A stretch of DNA of 58,701 nt from Chiloscyllium plagiosum (lineage: Eukaryota). Location: assembly GCF_004010195.1 (NCBI RefSeq), contig NC_057719.1:32775948-32834648 (forward strand), written 5' to 3'. A program made the position numbers and the translations under genes. The notes under the pieces are model-generated. The model did no database searches. It saw only the letters and a list, made by a program, of their open reading frames with translations, and was not told where the DNA came from. This document shows, piece by piece, positions 12,830 through 25,528 of the stretch (its first letter is position 1; each line of letters opens with the position of its first letter).

Positions 12830-13048
12830 CGCTGAAAATGTGTTGCTGGAAAAGCACAGCAGGTCAGGCAGCATCCAGGGAACAGGAGAATCGACGTTTC
12901 GGGCATAAGCCCTTCTTCAGGAATGAGGAAGGGCTTATGCCCGAAACGTCGATTCTCCTGTTCCCTGGATGCTGCCTGACCTGCTGCGCTTTTCCAGCAA
13001 CACATTTTCAGCTCTGATCTCCAGCATCTGCAGACCTCACTTTCTCCT
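12830..13048. mobile_element. Penelope-like terminal repeat (family A), near-perfect head-to-head palindrome
   Basis: ~85-bp arms almost identical; candidate TSD catagataataccag (12815-12829) / catggagaataccag (13049-13063), 13/15 match. Confidence 0.88.
12891..12922 (-). ncRNA. Minimal hammerhead ribozyme motif (family A), intact core, sense to the MDGA2 pre-mRNA
   Basis: Reverse complement reads UC-CUGAAGA-A-GGGC-UUAU-GCCC-GAAA-CG-UC-GA. Confidence 0.72.
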
Positions 13049-13071
13049 CATGGAGAATACCAGTCAGGCAT

Positions 13072-13200
13072 AAGTGAGGACTGCAGATGCTGGAGATAAG
13101 AGTCTAGATTAGAATGGCACTGGAAAAGCACAGCAGGTCAGGCAGCATCCGAGGAGCAGGAAAATGATGATTCGGGTAAAAGCCCTTCATCAGGAATGAA
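13072..13200 (-). mobile_element. Penelope-like terminal repeat (family A), single arm
   Basis: aagtgaggactgcagatgctggag...cagcaggtcaggcagcatccgaggagcagg...gcccttcatcaggaat. Confidence 0.8.
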
Positions 13201-14279
13201 GGAACTGGTAGAAAATACCAGTGGCAATCTCCCATCACAAATCAGAAGGAATCTTGTGTGGGAGGGTATATCCCCTCAGTTGTTGAGGTATGGAATTGAC
13301 ATGTTTTCATACGTTTATATAAGTTAAATGTGTCTCTGTCTCCGTCTCTGTCTCTCTCTCGCTCTCCATACATGCTGCCAATAATTCCATCAATTTTGGT
13401 TTTTGCTTGTTTCAAATCCCTAGCATCTGTCGTTCTTAGTTTTATTTTTGCTGACTCAGGGGCTTGTTGGATGCTTTCAGGCTTTTGGACCTGTTGTCCC
13501 TGGTCATCATTTGATGCAGCTTGCTGAATCTGCTCTGCTTGGCTGTGACTAAACGTACAAGATCAATGCTGCAGTCTGCAGCACCGGTGTTGCAAATACC
13601 AAGTTTGTTACCTCATGGATTCTAACACTGTATAGATCTGTGCAAAGATTGCCCAGCAATAGGCGATCCATCTCTTTTAATGATGTAAAACATTTATAGC
13701 ATCTAGCCCATCGAACTGAATTGGTATTGAAGGTGGTTATTGTCAGAGGCAGGGGAGTGATCTGGACATTTCCTTTTCTTTTGGCTGTTTGTTTTATTTC
13801 CGTTTCTGTTTTTAATCCTGTCCCTTGTACACTAAGAGGGTGCTGGAGGTTGGTGACTTGATACACTTTTCACCGTCTTCCGCTATTCCTGAAATTGAGG
13901 CTGGCACATATCAGATGCCAATGTATGGAGGCCATTGCCCACTGTGTGTGCCCTGAGAAGTTGCTCAGTGCTGTCCAGTGTGATGTCTGGTGGAACAAGG
14001 GGCAGATTGAAGTTGCCAGGCACCTTTTCCATGTCACATTTTCTTGACATATAGCTTACGTGGTGCATTTAGTAAGATGACAAGTGGAATAATAATGAGA
14101 CAAGCTGTGCTATTAATAAGGCATTTTGCTAACTATAATCCTCCTAATTGGCAACACTCCAACCGAGAAACTTGGTTGAAACCCAGCAAAAGCATACAAG
14201 ATCCTCTCCAGCTAGATCCTCTCCAGCTAGATCTCACTGGATCTCTCATCTGGTTCTGCTACAAATCCCACCATAGCCC

Positions 14280-14454
14280 AATGTGGACTTACATGTTCTC
14301 AGCATCATCTTGCAACAGCTTAGCAAATGGTCAGTAAATGCTATGTATATTGTTGGGATGACCAGTTTCAAGCAAGGAGTTGTGTTTCTGGAATGTCCAG
14401 CAGCAGGTGATGATGGTGAGGGAGGATGGCAGGAGCAGTCAAATGGGCCCTGTC
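14280..14454 (+). repeat. Dispersed direct duplication, copy 1 (copy 2 at 16527-16722)
   Basis: aatgtggacttacatgttctc...aaatgggccctgtc is near-identical to 16527-16722 except for a 21-bp gap. Confidence 0.92.
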
Positions 14455-14619
14455 AGAAAACAACAAAGTTCCTCCTTTTGTGTTTGCCCTGTTGCACTAA
14501 CATTGCTATTTCAATGATTAGCAGCTTCATCACTTTGATTGTTGGTTATAGCTGCAACAACTCTCCAAAGGAGCAATGCACCCAGTGCCACACTCCTGCC
14601 TTGCCCTTGTAGCCGGGCT

Positions 14620-15350
14620 TTGTTCCTTTCCAGATAACAATCTATTCCCTCTGGAGTGTAATGATTGAACCTGCATCCATCACTCTCTGAGGCAGCACAT
14701 TTTAAATGTTAACAACTTGCTGAGTGAGAAGTTTCTCCTTATGTCAACATTGATTTTTTTGAGAACCATTTTAAATCTTTGCCCTCATACTCTCGATTCT
14801 TCTACAAGTAGAAACATGTTTTCTCTCTCTTCTCTGTCCTTGATTTTGAATACCTCTGTCAAATCTCCTCTCCAAAGAAACATTTCTTACTTCTCCAAGC
14901 TGGTATGTAACAGAATGGACAATTTTTGTCCATCTTTTCTGCACTCTCCCCAATGCCTTCACATCTTTCTTAAAGGGTGGTGTCCAGACATGGATGCAAT
15001 TCTCCAGGTGAAGCTGACCTATTGCTTTATATAAGGTTAAGAGAACCTCCTTGTTCTTTTACTCTCTGGTGCTATTAATAAAGCCTATGGTATTGTTTAC
15101 TTTATTAACCACTGTGACCTTTAATGATATATGCACACATGCAGCCAGGTCCCTCTGCTCCTGCAACCCCGTTAAATAGGAGTCTTTACTGGGTAGTGTC
15201 TCTCCATGTTCTTTCTACTGAATAAATCACTTTATATATTTCAGTCTATTTACTTTTACCTGCACTTATCTGTCCATTCTTTTGAAGTTCTACATTACTG
15301 TCTTCACAGATCCAGGTCATGAATATATTGACGCAAAGATCCTAACACTG
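14620..15350 (-). mobile_element. Old CR1-type LINE fragment
   Basis: ORF 14771-14962 KALGRVQKRWTKIV...SLERR. Confidence 0.65.
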
Positions 15351-15879
15351 ACTCCTGGCAAACTCTTCCACGGACTTTCTGTTTCACTTTTTTTAGAAAA
15401 AAGTCATTGATTTCTGCCTCAAACCTTTCCTCAGCAGTATAATACAATGGAAACGAATGGAAAATTTACATCATCCAGCCATACCTAAATTCCGCCCATA
15501 ACAAGTTGGCTGGCAGACTGTTGTTTTTTTCTGTTCATTATTTCATTCCTATAGCCATAATAGCACTCACTGTTTCACATATTCTCAGGAAACCTGTTCG
15601 ATATAGACTAGTGGAAAAAGGACAATATGACCTCCTCACTAATCAACAAAATAGTGGCAAGTGTGGGGCAGTAAAGATGGAGCAGATAGCTTATTGGTCT
15701 GCTGAGAAGGACCCAAATGGTGGACATCAGCGTAGTCCATCTTTAAAAACACAATTAGTTCAATTCCAGTCCCAATCTGCAAACGTAGCCCAAAGCCTGA
15801 GTGCCTTCCCTGTCAAGAAAAGGGTTTAGGTCGTAAAAAAACCTCAAAGAGATAAACCGGCAAAAGCATTTTTTTTTAA

Positions 15880-16059
15880 GATTTGGAGATGCTGGTGTTG
15901 TACTGGGGTGTACAAAGTTAAAAATCACACAACACCATGTTACAGTCCAACAGGTTTAATTGGAAGTACAAGCTTTCAGTGCGCCAAAGAAGTGGCACTC
16001 CGAAAGCTAGTGCTTCCCATTAAACCTGTTGGACTGTAACCTGGTGTTGTGTGATTTTT
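15880..16059. mobile_element. Penelope-like terminal repeat (family B), head-to-head palindrome
   Basis: aaaaatcacacaacaccatgttacagtccaacaggtttaat / attaaacctgttggactgtaacctggtgttgtgtgattttt. Confidence 0.82.
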
Positions 16060-16526
16060 CGCTTTTCTTTTAGGTTTCCTTGCTTGTCAAATGGAACTGG
16101 AGAGTGTCTCTTGGCCCAACAAAGAAACTTTGGGCCTACCCTACCCAGAGTAGCCCATATACACTCCAAACCATGATCCCCAATTGAACCTTGCCCTACC
16201 TGCCCAACCACTTCATTTGGTCCAAGGGACCATTATTCCAGGACCAGACTGGAAATAATGTTGATTGGACAGGAGGCCAAGCATTGAGATAGCAACAAAA
16301 TCAGGGAGTTAAAATCTGTTGAGGTCTCTTGTGGCATGTAATCCGAACACTCTTCATGGCCCAGACATCCACTGAACCCACTCACTTCATAAAAAGAGAG
16401 CCAGGATCCCTTAGAAGGTCCAAGTACAGATAAGAGGCTGAGAAGGCCCTCTCAAGCAAATGCTGATATTGTCCCAACATTTACCATGTGCCCAGGTAAT
16501 TGGTGCATGAATGGTATTCTGCCACT

Positions 16527-16722
16527 AATGTGGACTTACATGTTCTCGGCATCATAGTGCAATTGAACCTGCTAATCTTGCAACAGCTTAGCAAATGGTC
16601 AGTAAATGTTATGTATATTGTTGGGATTACCAGTTTCAAGCAAGGAGTTGTGTTTCTGGAATGTCCAGCAGCAGGTGATGATGGTGAGGGGGGATGGCAG
16701 GAGCAGTCAAATGGGCCCTGTC
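16527..16722 (+). repeat. Dispersed direct duplication, copy 2
   Basis: Matches 14280-14454 and contains the extra 21 bp agtgcaattgaacctgctaat. Confidence 0.92.
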
Positions 16723-17379
16723 TGGAAAAGGGGTGCTTGTAAGTGAAGGAGGGTTCATCAGATGAAGCAGACAAGACAAAGGATTCCTGAACCCAATCTA
16801 AATCACAGGCTTTATTCTATGTAAGTATTTTCATCTTTAATCTTATTTCCTTTCAACTTGTAATGACCTAATGACAGTGGATTAAAGAATCCCTGCTTCG
16901 TGATATCTTTGCCTTCTCTGTGTTCAATCACTTGTTACACTCTCTTTGCAGGAGAAAAAAGGCAGATAACCTGGCAGCAAGGAGGTCCATTTGAAGCCCA
17001 TTGGCCACGTGTGCCCACTTGTTTTCATCAGAATGCAGCATTGAGCCTGAATACTGCAGATATCAGCAATAGGAACTCTGAAAATCCCTGTCCCGCTCCC
17101 CTCCCCCAAAACACCCAGGATCCTGGTGCTCAGGCTTGCTAAGACTGCTGCTCCTCAGTCTGTAGATCCTGAGTTGGGGAACTCACTTCCTGCAAGCTCG
17201 ATCTGTGCCATTATTCTTTGTCCTGTGGATCAGCAAGTGCCTGAGGAAATGCTGCTGGTGTTGGTGTTCCTGCTGCTGCCATTTCTGTTGCTCATCAGAA
17301 GTCAAGATAGAGCTGCCTCTGTGCTGCAGCAAAAGCTGACAGCAAAAGAAGTGCAGATCTAAGTGAATGAAGACCAAGA

Positions 17380-18805
17380 ACGATTTGGATCCAAACTTAG
17401 GAGGCATGGTTAGTAAGTTTGTGGATGACACAAAATTGGTGATATAATCAACAGTGAGGAAGACTTTCTAAAATTATAAAGGGATCTTGATCAATTGGGT
17501 CAATGGGCTGAAGAGTGACTGATGGAGTTTAATTTGGATAAGTGCATTTTGGTAAAACAAAATCACCATGGTAAAACAAACAAGGGCAGGACTTCGAGTC
17601 ATAGAGTTGTACAGCATGGAAACAGACCCTTCGGTCCAACTTGTTCATGCTGACCAGTTATCCTAAATAAATCTAGTCCCATTTGCCGGAATTTGGCGCA
17701 TATTCTTCTAAACCCTTCCTGTTCATATACCCATTCAGATGCCTTTTAAATGTTGTAATTGTACCAGCCGCCACCTCTTCCTCTGGCAGCTAATGGCAAA
17801 TTTGCACCAGCTTCTACATGAAAACGTTGCCCCTTAGGTCCCTTTTAAATATTTCCCCTCTCATCTCAAACCTATGCCCTTTACTTTTGGACTCCCCAAC
17901 CCTGAGAAAAAGACCTTGCAATTCAGCCTATCCATGCCCCTCATGATTTATAAACTTCTATAACATCACCCCTCGGCCTCTGACACTGCAGGATAGCCAC
18001 AGCCTATTCAGCCTCTCCCTTTAGCTCAAACCCTCCAACCCTGGCAACTTCCTTGTAAATCTTTTCTGAACCCTTCCAAGTTATGGTAGGGCCCTGGGTA
18101 ATACTATTGTACAAAGAGATCTAGGGGTTCAGATGCATAGGACTTTGGGTCACAGGTAGACAGGATATTTAAGAACGCATTTAGCATGCTTGTCTTCATT
18201 GCTCAGACCATTGAGTACAGGAGTTGGAATGTTGTACTGGGTTTGAACAGGACATTGATGAGGCCACTCTTGGAGTACTGGGTACAGTTCTGGATGCCCT
18301 GCTATAGGAAGGATATTATTAAATTGGAAAGGGTTCAGAAATGTTTTCCAAGGATGTTACTAGGACTGGAGGGTTTGAGTTATAACGAGAGTCTGGATAG
18401 GCTGGGACATTTCTCACTGCAGCGTAGGGGTGATCTTATAAAAGTTTATAAAATCATGAGGTACATAGGTAAGTTGAATAATAAAGGTATCTTCCTTAGA
18501 ATAGAGGAGTCTAAAGCTAAGGAGCATATTTTTCAGGGAAGAGGAGAAAGATTTAAAAGGGAGTTGAGGGGCAACCTTTTCATACAGAGAGGGTTTGTGG
18601 GTGGAATGAACTGCCAGAGGAAGTGGATGATGCAGGTACAGTTACATTTAAAAGACATTTGGACAAGTACATGAATAGGAAAGGCTTAGAGACATATAGG
18701 CCAAACACAGGAAAGTGGGACTGGTTTAGGTTGGGAAACTTGGTTGTCATGGATGAGTTGGACCAATGGGCCTGTTTCCATGCTGTATGCTTCTGTGACT
18801 CTATT
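17380..18805 (+). mobile_element. CR1-type LINE RT/3' region interrupted by a nested antisense CR1
   Basis: agtaagtttgtggatgacacaaaaattgg; ORF 18186-18674 RPLLEYWVQFWMP.YRKDIIKLERVQK. Confidence 0.85.
17597..18080 (-). mobile_element. Nested CR1 3' end
   Basis: Begins with the reverse tail gagtcatagagttgtacagcatggaaacag. Confidence 0.82.
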
Positions 18806-19856
18806 AATAGTCCCTATGAAGTTGGAAAACATCCATGATGCAGTAGAAGAACACTCTCAGAACTGATACTGCCAATACAAGCCTTTCACCTCAAGGAATG
18901 GCTGCAGCTATTCAGCTTTATTCTTTGATGGCTTCCCAGCCTGCCACTGTGCTCTCACCTGACTCACCCTGGTGAGTCCTACATAGCTCAGGGAGCTTTT
19001 AAAGCCAAAATGCTGAGTCAAATTGTGAGTTGAATCATGGGGGGGGGGGAGGGGAGGGGAGTGTTTATATACTTTGATCACTTATGAGTTCCATGGTGAT
19101 TTCTTTTTTCACTTGCCTGCAAATCCACACAGGTTAAAATTGGTAAGATATCGGGATTCCTTTGTGATCTAGACCACACAATCAGAAGCATTTGCCATGC
19201 TCCTTAATTTTACCAGTTCACCTGACCAAACTTGTTCAAAGGATTTGTCCAGACCGAGATCTAATTTGCATCTTGCTCTCTTATCTGCTCTCATGCCGTC
19301 TCCAAGCTTAATTTATCCATGGGATCCACCTCCTAATACCTTAAATCTATTCTGACTGAACTGCTGATTACTCATTTCCTTTCCTGTGTCCATGTTAATC
19401 AATATTGTTAATGGTTCTCTCAATTCAAGTGCTGTCCCATTCTCCTTTGAAACTGCCATCATTACGTCTCTCCTGAAAAAAGTCCCTCAGCCTCGCCACC
19501 AATACAAATTACCAGTCACTCTTGAACTACCCTTACCCCTCCAAAGTCTTTGGATGTATTGTCTCTTCCCAAATCCATTCCAATTTTCCCAGTAGTTTTC
19601 TTCCCCGTCTCAGGACCAAAACAGTTCTTAGCAAAGGCACAGTTGGAGTCCTATACAAATGTAATACATGTCAACGTTTCCTCGTTGTCCATTTTGACCT
19701 GTCTTCAGTCTTTGACATGGTTAAGCATACTGTCCTCTTAATGTCTCTCTGCTCCCACCTAATTCATTCACAACCATCCAATCATAGCCAGGGAATCAAT
19801 TGCAATTTTTCCCTTCCTGCTTTCATACCGTGTTACCTAGTGTCCTTCAAGGATCA

Positions 19857-21361
19857 GAAGAAAGTGAGGACTGCAGATGCTGGAGATCAGAGCTGAAAAA
19901 TGTGTTGCTGGAAAAGCGCAGCAGGTCAGGCAGCATCCAAGGAGCAGGAGAATCGACATTTCGGGTATAAGCCCTTCTTCAGGAATGAGGAAGGTGTGCC
20001 AAGCAGGCTAAGATAAAAGGTAGCGAGGATGGACTTGGGGGAGGGGCGTCGGAAATGTGATAGGTGGAAAGAGGTCAAGGTGAGGGTGATAGGTCAGACG
20101 GGGGTGGGGGCGGAGAGGTCGGGANNNNNNNNNNNNNNNNNNNNNNNNNNNNNNNNNNNNNNNNNNNNNNNNNNNNNNNNNNNNNNNNNNNNNNNNNNNN
20201 NNNNNNNNNNNNNNNNNNNNNNNNNNNNNNNNNNNNNNNNNNNNNNNNNNNNNNNNNNNNNNNNNNNNNNNNNNNNNNNNNNNNNNNNNNNNNNNNNNNN
20301 NNNNNNNNNNNNNNNNNNNNNNNNNNNNNNNNNNNNNNNNNNNNNNNNNNNNNNNNNNNNNNNNNNNNNNNNNNNNNNNNNNNNNNNNNNNNNNNNNNNN
20401 NNNNNNNNNNNNNNNNNNNNNNNNNNNNNNNNNNNNNNNNNNNNNNNNNNNNNNNNNNNNNNNNNNNNNNNNNNNNNNNNNNNNNNNNNNNNNNNNNNNN
20501 NNNNNNNNNNNNNNNNNNNNNNNNNNNNNNNNNNNNNNNNNNNNNNNNNNNNNNNNNNNNNNNNNNNNNNNNNNNNNNNNNNNNNNNNNNNNNNNNNNNN
20601 NNNNNNNNNNNNNNNNNNNNNNNNNNNNNNNNNNNNNNNNNNNNNNNNNNNNNNNNNNNNNNNNNNNNNNNNNNNNGTATTGGAATTGGTCCTCCTGGGA
20701 GCAGATGCGTCGGAGGTGAAGGAATTGGGAATATGGGATGGCGTTTTTACAGGGGGAAGGGTGTGAGGAGGTGTAATCTAGGTAGCTGTGGGAGTCGGTC
20801 AGTTTATAGTAAATGTCCGGGTTGAGTCGGTCGCCCGAGATAGAAATGGAGAGGTCGAGGAAGGGGAGGGAGGAGTCTGAGACGGTCCAGGTAAATTTGA
20901 GGTTGGGGTGGAAGGTGTTAGTAAAGTGGATGAACTGTTCAACCTCCTCATGGGAGCACGAGGGTAGCACCGATAAAGTCATCGATGTAGCGGAGGAAAA
21001 GGTGGGGGGTGTTGTCAGTGTAGCTGCGGAAGATGGACTGTTCCACATATCTGACGAAGAGGCAGGCATAGCTGGGGCCCATGTGGGTGTCCATGGCTAC
21101 TCCTTTGGTTTGGAGGAAGTGGGAGGATTGGAAAGAGTAGTTGTTCACTCCCTCTCCGGCCTATCACCCTCACCTTAACCTCCTTCCACCTATCGCATTC
21201 CCAACGCCCCTCCCCCAAGTCCCTCCTCCTTACCTTTTATCTTAGCCTGCTTGGCACACCTTCCTCATTCCTGAAGAAGGGCTTATGCCTGAAACATCAA
21301 TTCTCCTGCTCCTTGGATGCTGCCTGACCCGCTGCGCTTTTCCAGCAACATGTTTTTCAGC
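19857..21361 (-). mobile_element. Penelope-like retroelement (family A), 5'-truncated, RT fragment with inverted terminal repeats
   Basis: FLQTKGVAMDTHMGPSYACLF...FLRYIDD and FHPNLKFTWTVSDSSLPFLDLSI...DIYYKLTDSHSYLDYTSSHP..CKNAIPYSQFLHLRRICS are PLE RT motifs. Inverted termini at 19857-20124 and 21147-21361; 14-bp TSD tccttcaaggatca at 19843-19856 and 21362-21375. Confidence 0.93.
20125..20676. other. Assembly gap (552 N)
   Basis: Run of N inside the PLE. Confidence 0.99.
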
Positions 21362-23019
21362 TCCTTCAAGGATCACACAGACACAGATAATACCCGACTC
21401 TATCTCATCACCACCTCTGTCCTTGGCTGTTGATTTATCCAGCATCGAGCAAGAGAGGAACAGAGATTTCCTTCATTTAAATATTGGGAAAGCTGAAGCC
21501 TCTGTTCCCTACTCCAGTCTCTTTTCTCTAACTACTGATGCTGTCTGTTTCCCTGGAAACTACTTTCGTGACTAAGTAACATCTTTCGATGGCCACATCC
21601 CTCCATTTATCTGTAACCTCCTCCAGGCACACAATGCTCTGAAATATTTATGTTCATCGAGTTCTGGCCTCTTGAGCATCCCCAAATTTATTTGCTCCAC
21701 AATTGGTCACTGTTCATTTAGCTACCCAAACTCTGGAATTCACTCTCTATCTCTCAATTTGTTTGTATATCTATATATGTCACTTTCTACACTACTCAAC
21801 CTTACTTCTTGAGTCAAACTTTTAGTCATCCGACTGAATATCTGACCTTGTGATGTTTTAGTATGTAAATAGTACTGCGTAATTGGAAGTTCTGACTGTT
21901 GCTGTTTAACTGCCAGCTCACACCTAAACACCCCCCCCCCACTTAGAAGTTAAAATCCTGTCCAATGAATGTCGTTGTTTTACCATTTACTGCTGCATTA
22001 TTCGATGCTCTGAGAGCAATCTGAAGCTAAAGCGTCTTCTGACTCCACTTGAAAAGAGAAAGAGTGAAGTCTTTTTTCTCTTCAGGCACTGTTAATATGC
22101 TTAATTATCTGGTTGCTGTTAGGCTGCAGAAGAAGGTACTGATTATAGTCATTTGGTAGCTGCCTTTTGGTTTTGACATATAAAACGATAAGGCAGATTA
22201 AGCTAGTCTCGATTTTAAGACTCATCAACAATTCAAGTCTGAGCTGTCAACTTTGAAAAATTCACTTTCAAACCCAGTCTTCAGTGAGAAAGCACTCGAG
22301 AGAAAGAACATGATGAATAGCCATGCAAGTATGTTCTGAGGTACAAAGATTAGCAATGATAAAGTACAAACAGGACAGAGTCAGCGGAAATGAACATGGG
22401 AGAGCAGAGAGAGCCGACGTAATGTATTTTCAAGTTTTAGTTTGGATTGAGACTTTACTGATTGTCTATAATAATTTGCTTTTGATAGCAACTACTATTA
22501 GTGTTTCAGTGTCCCAATACATAAGGTAAAATCAAAAATTCATGTGATCAGAAAGTGATATATGAAGTACAGTGGTAGCATGCATAAAAAAGATGAAATA
22601 TTCCCATCAAATATGAATTATTATTGTAGGCTAAAAAGTATTCTTCAACAGAGGAACCATTAACTGTATGACAAAGGATAATTGGACTCAAAATATCTTC
22701 TGTCTCCAGACCTACTGAGTTTCTCCACCATTTCCTATTTCTGAGCCAACCATTGTAATCAACACCAATTTATAAAGTATGTTTGGATCAACATACTGGA
22801 ATCTTCATACAGGTAGTGGGAATATGAAGCATTCCTATTCATTAATGATGTAATTTCAGGAATTCTTGTTATGAAAGCTTTGGTTGTGTGAAGGACTAAA
22901 ACAGAGATTTCCATGCGACATTACACGTTACCATGTTTCCATTATTCCAGGTAACAGTTCTTTCAAACATAGAAGGAGATGTTGTCTCTCCATTGAAGTA
23001 AAAAGCAGTAGCTAAAGCC

Positions 23020-23285
23020 ACAAGGGAAGCAGTGATGTAATAGTAACATCACTAGGCGAGTAATTCAGAGCTTAGTTTAATATTCATATCCCACCATAGC
23101 ACATGGACACATTTGAATTCAAAAAGAATTAATGTTGAATTAAAATCTAGCCCAATGTAAACACTGTTGTAAAACCCCATATAGTTCGCTGATGCCCTTT
23201 AGTGAAGGACCCCAGACCCACAGCCATGTGTTTGACTCTTAATGTCAATTAGGGAAATAAATGCTGGTCTAGCCAGTGATGCTTC
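23020..23285 (+). mobile_element. SINE, same family as 2660-2985
   Basis: ccagacccacagccatgtgtttgactcttaa...aaataaatgctggtctagccagtgatgc. Confidence 0.6.
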
Positions 23286-23844
23286 ACTGAGTTCTGAAAA
23301 GGTCTCTACGTCCATACTTTACAATCAATGATTATTCTACAACTGAAGTATACCCATTTCTTATAAATAAGTTTACTTTACATATTTTGTACGTGCTGAG
23401 TGGCATTTTTTCCCCCAGTTGTTCTTGTGAGCTTGGTGGTTGGAGGTTTGGAGACCTGTTTGTCTACATGCACTTTTAACGAGGTTTTACATCCTTGGAA
23501 GTGAAGAGAGGTGGTTTTGTAGTTTAGTGCAGTAAAAGAAGTGGTGAAAAAAATTCTGCTGTTGCCTAGACATTGGGATCCAAAGACGCATAGAGACACA
23601 CACCCAGGAGGGAGGGAGTCCGTCAGTCAGTCACAGTATGGGTATGCCAGATACTATCCAGTAAGAAATCCTACACGTAAGTTGGAAATGGAATTTGGGA
23701 AAAATAGTAGCTGAAGAAAAGAGTTATTGAATGAATGAGCAGAAATTCACCAGAAGGAAACCAAATACAGCTGTGCCAGCCAAAGCAAAAGCTTTCTTAT
23801 GGAGTTAGTCGTAAACCTTTGCTGGATTTTGATGTTTATAAATA

Positions 23845-25528
23845 TACAAGGAGGGGACATGAAAGGTCCTTAGTTGGTAGGATTAGGGAAAACCCTAAGG
23901 CTTTCTATAGGTATGTCAGGAATAAAAGAATGACTAGGGTAGGAATAGGTCCAGTCAAGGATAATAGTGGGAAGTTGCGTGTGGAGGCTGAAGAGATTGG
24001 GGAGACACTGAATGAATACTTTTCGTCAGTATTCATTCAGGAACAGGACATTATTGTCAATGTGAATACTGAGTCACAATTAAGTAGAATGGATGGCTTT
24101 GAGGTATGTAGAGAAGAGGTTGGAAATCCTGGAAAGGGTGAAAATAGATAAGTCCCCTGAGCCTGATGGCATTTATCCTAGGATTCTCTGGGAAGCAAGG
24201 GAGGAGATTGCAGAGCCATTGGCCTTAATTTTTATGTCCTCGTTGTCTACAGGAGTAGTGCCAGAAGATTGGAGGCGAGCAAATGTGGTTCCCTTGTTCA
24301 AGAAGGGGAGTAGGGATAACCCTAGTAACTATAGGCCGGTGAGTCTCACTTCTGTTGTGGGCAAAATCTTAAGAGAGAATTGTAAGGGATAGGATTTATG
24401 AACATCTGGATAGGAATAATGTGATCAAGGATAGTCAGCATGGTTTTGTGAAGGGCAGGTCGTGCCTCACAAACCTTATTGAATTCTTTGAAAAGGTGAC
24501 GAAGGAGGTTGATGAGGGCAAAGCGGTAGATGTGGTATATATGGATTTTAGTAAGGCGTTTGATAAGGTTCCCCATGGTAGGCTACTGCAGAAAATACGG
24601 AGATATGGCATTGAGGATGAGTTGGAGGTTTGGATTAGGAATTGGCTGGATGGAAGAAGACAGAGGGTAGTAGTTGATGGCAAAGTTTCTTCATGGAGTG
24701 CCGTCACTAGCGGTGTTCCGCAAGGATCTGTTTTGGGACCATTGCTGTTTGTCATTTTTATAAATGACATGGAAGAGGGGTTAGAAGGTTGGGTGAGCAA
24801 GTTTGCGGATGATACGAAAGTCGGAGGAGTTGTTGACAGTGAGGAAGCATGTGGCAGGTTACAGAAGGATATAGAGAAGCTGCAGAGCTGGGCAGAAAGG
24901 TGGCAAATGGAATACAATGTAGCTAAGTGTGAGGTGATTCACTTTGGGAAGAATAACAAAAAGATGGGGTACGGGGCTAATGGACGGATACTTGGTAGAC
25001 ATCTGGAGTATTGCGTGCAGTTTTGGTCGCCATACTTTAGGAAGGATGTGGAGGCACTGGAATGGGTTCAGAGGAGGTTTACCAGGATGTTGCCTGGTAT
25101 GGTAGAAAGGTCGTATGAGGAAAGGCTGAGGCACTTGTGGTTGTTTTCATTGGAGAAAAGAAGGTTTAGGGGTGACTTGATAGAGGTGTATAAGATGATT
25201 AGGGGTTTAGATAGGTTCGACAGTGAGAATCTTTTTCCACGTATGGAGTCAGCTATTACAAGGGGGCATAGCTTTAAATTAAGGGGGGGGGGGGGTAGGT
25301 ATAGCACAGATGTTCGGGGTAGGTTCTTTACTCAGCGAGTCGTGAGTTCGTGGAATGCCCTGCCAGTAGCAGTGGTGGACTCTCCCTCATTATGGGCATT
25401 TAAGTGGGCATTGGATAGGCATATGGAGGATAGTGGGCTAGTGTAGGTAAGGTGGGCTTGGATCGGCGCAACATCGAGGGCCGAAGGGCCTGTACTGCGC
25501 TGTATTCTTCTATGTTCTATGTTCTATA
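23845..25528 (+). mobile_element. Young CR1-type LINE, 5'-truncated, (TTCTATG)n tail
   Basis: ORF 24421-25446 has [38 protein letters not shown] and KFADDTK; tail ttctatgttctatgttctat. Confidence 0.95.

Larger units (their letters stand above)
19200..21860 (+). mobile_element. L2-like LINE relic split by the PLE at 19857-21361
   Basis: FETAIITSLLKK, FDLSSVFDMVKH and a GVPQGS-like tagtgtccttcaaggatc at the insertion site; resumes after 21375. Confidence 0.65.

Noticed and set aside
15506..15829. 107-aa ORF with a hydrophobic N-terminus
   Set aside because: Starts at TTG, lies antisense to MDGA2, and has no recognisable homology.
16740..17360. Possible Harbinger Myb/SANT relic with an intron (gtaagt...ttgcag|gagaaaaaag); also Harbinger-like ends around 32700-33357
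   Set aside because: Similarity is too weak to support by eye.
20008..21069. 245-353 aa ORFs
   Set aside because: Their length is inflated by the N gap; only the PLE RT portion is real.
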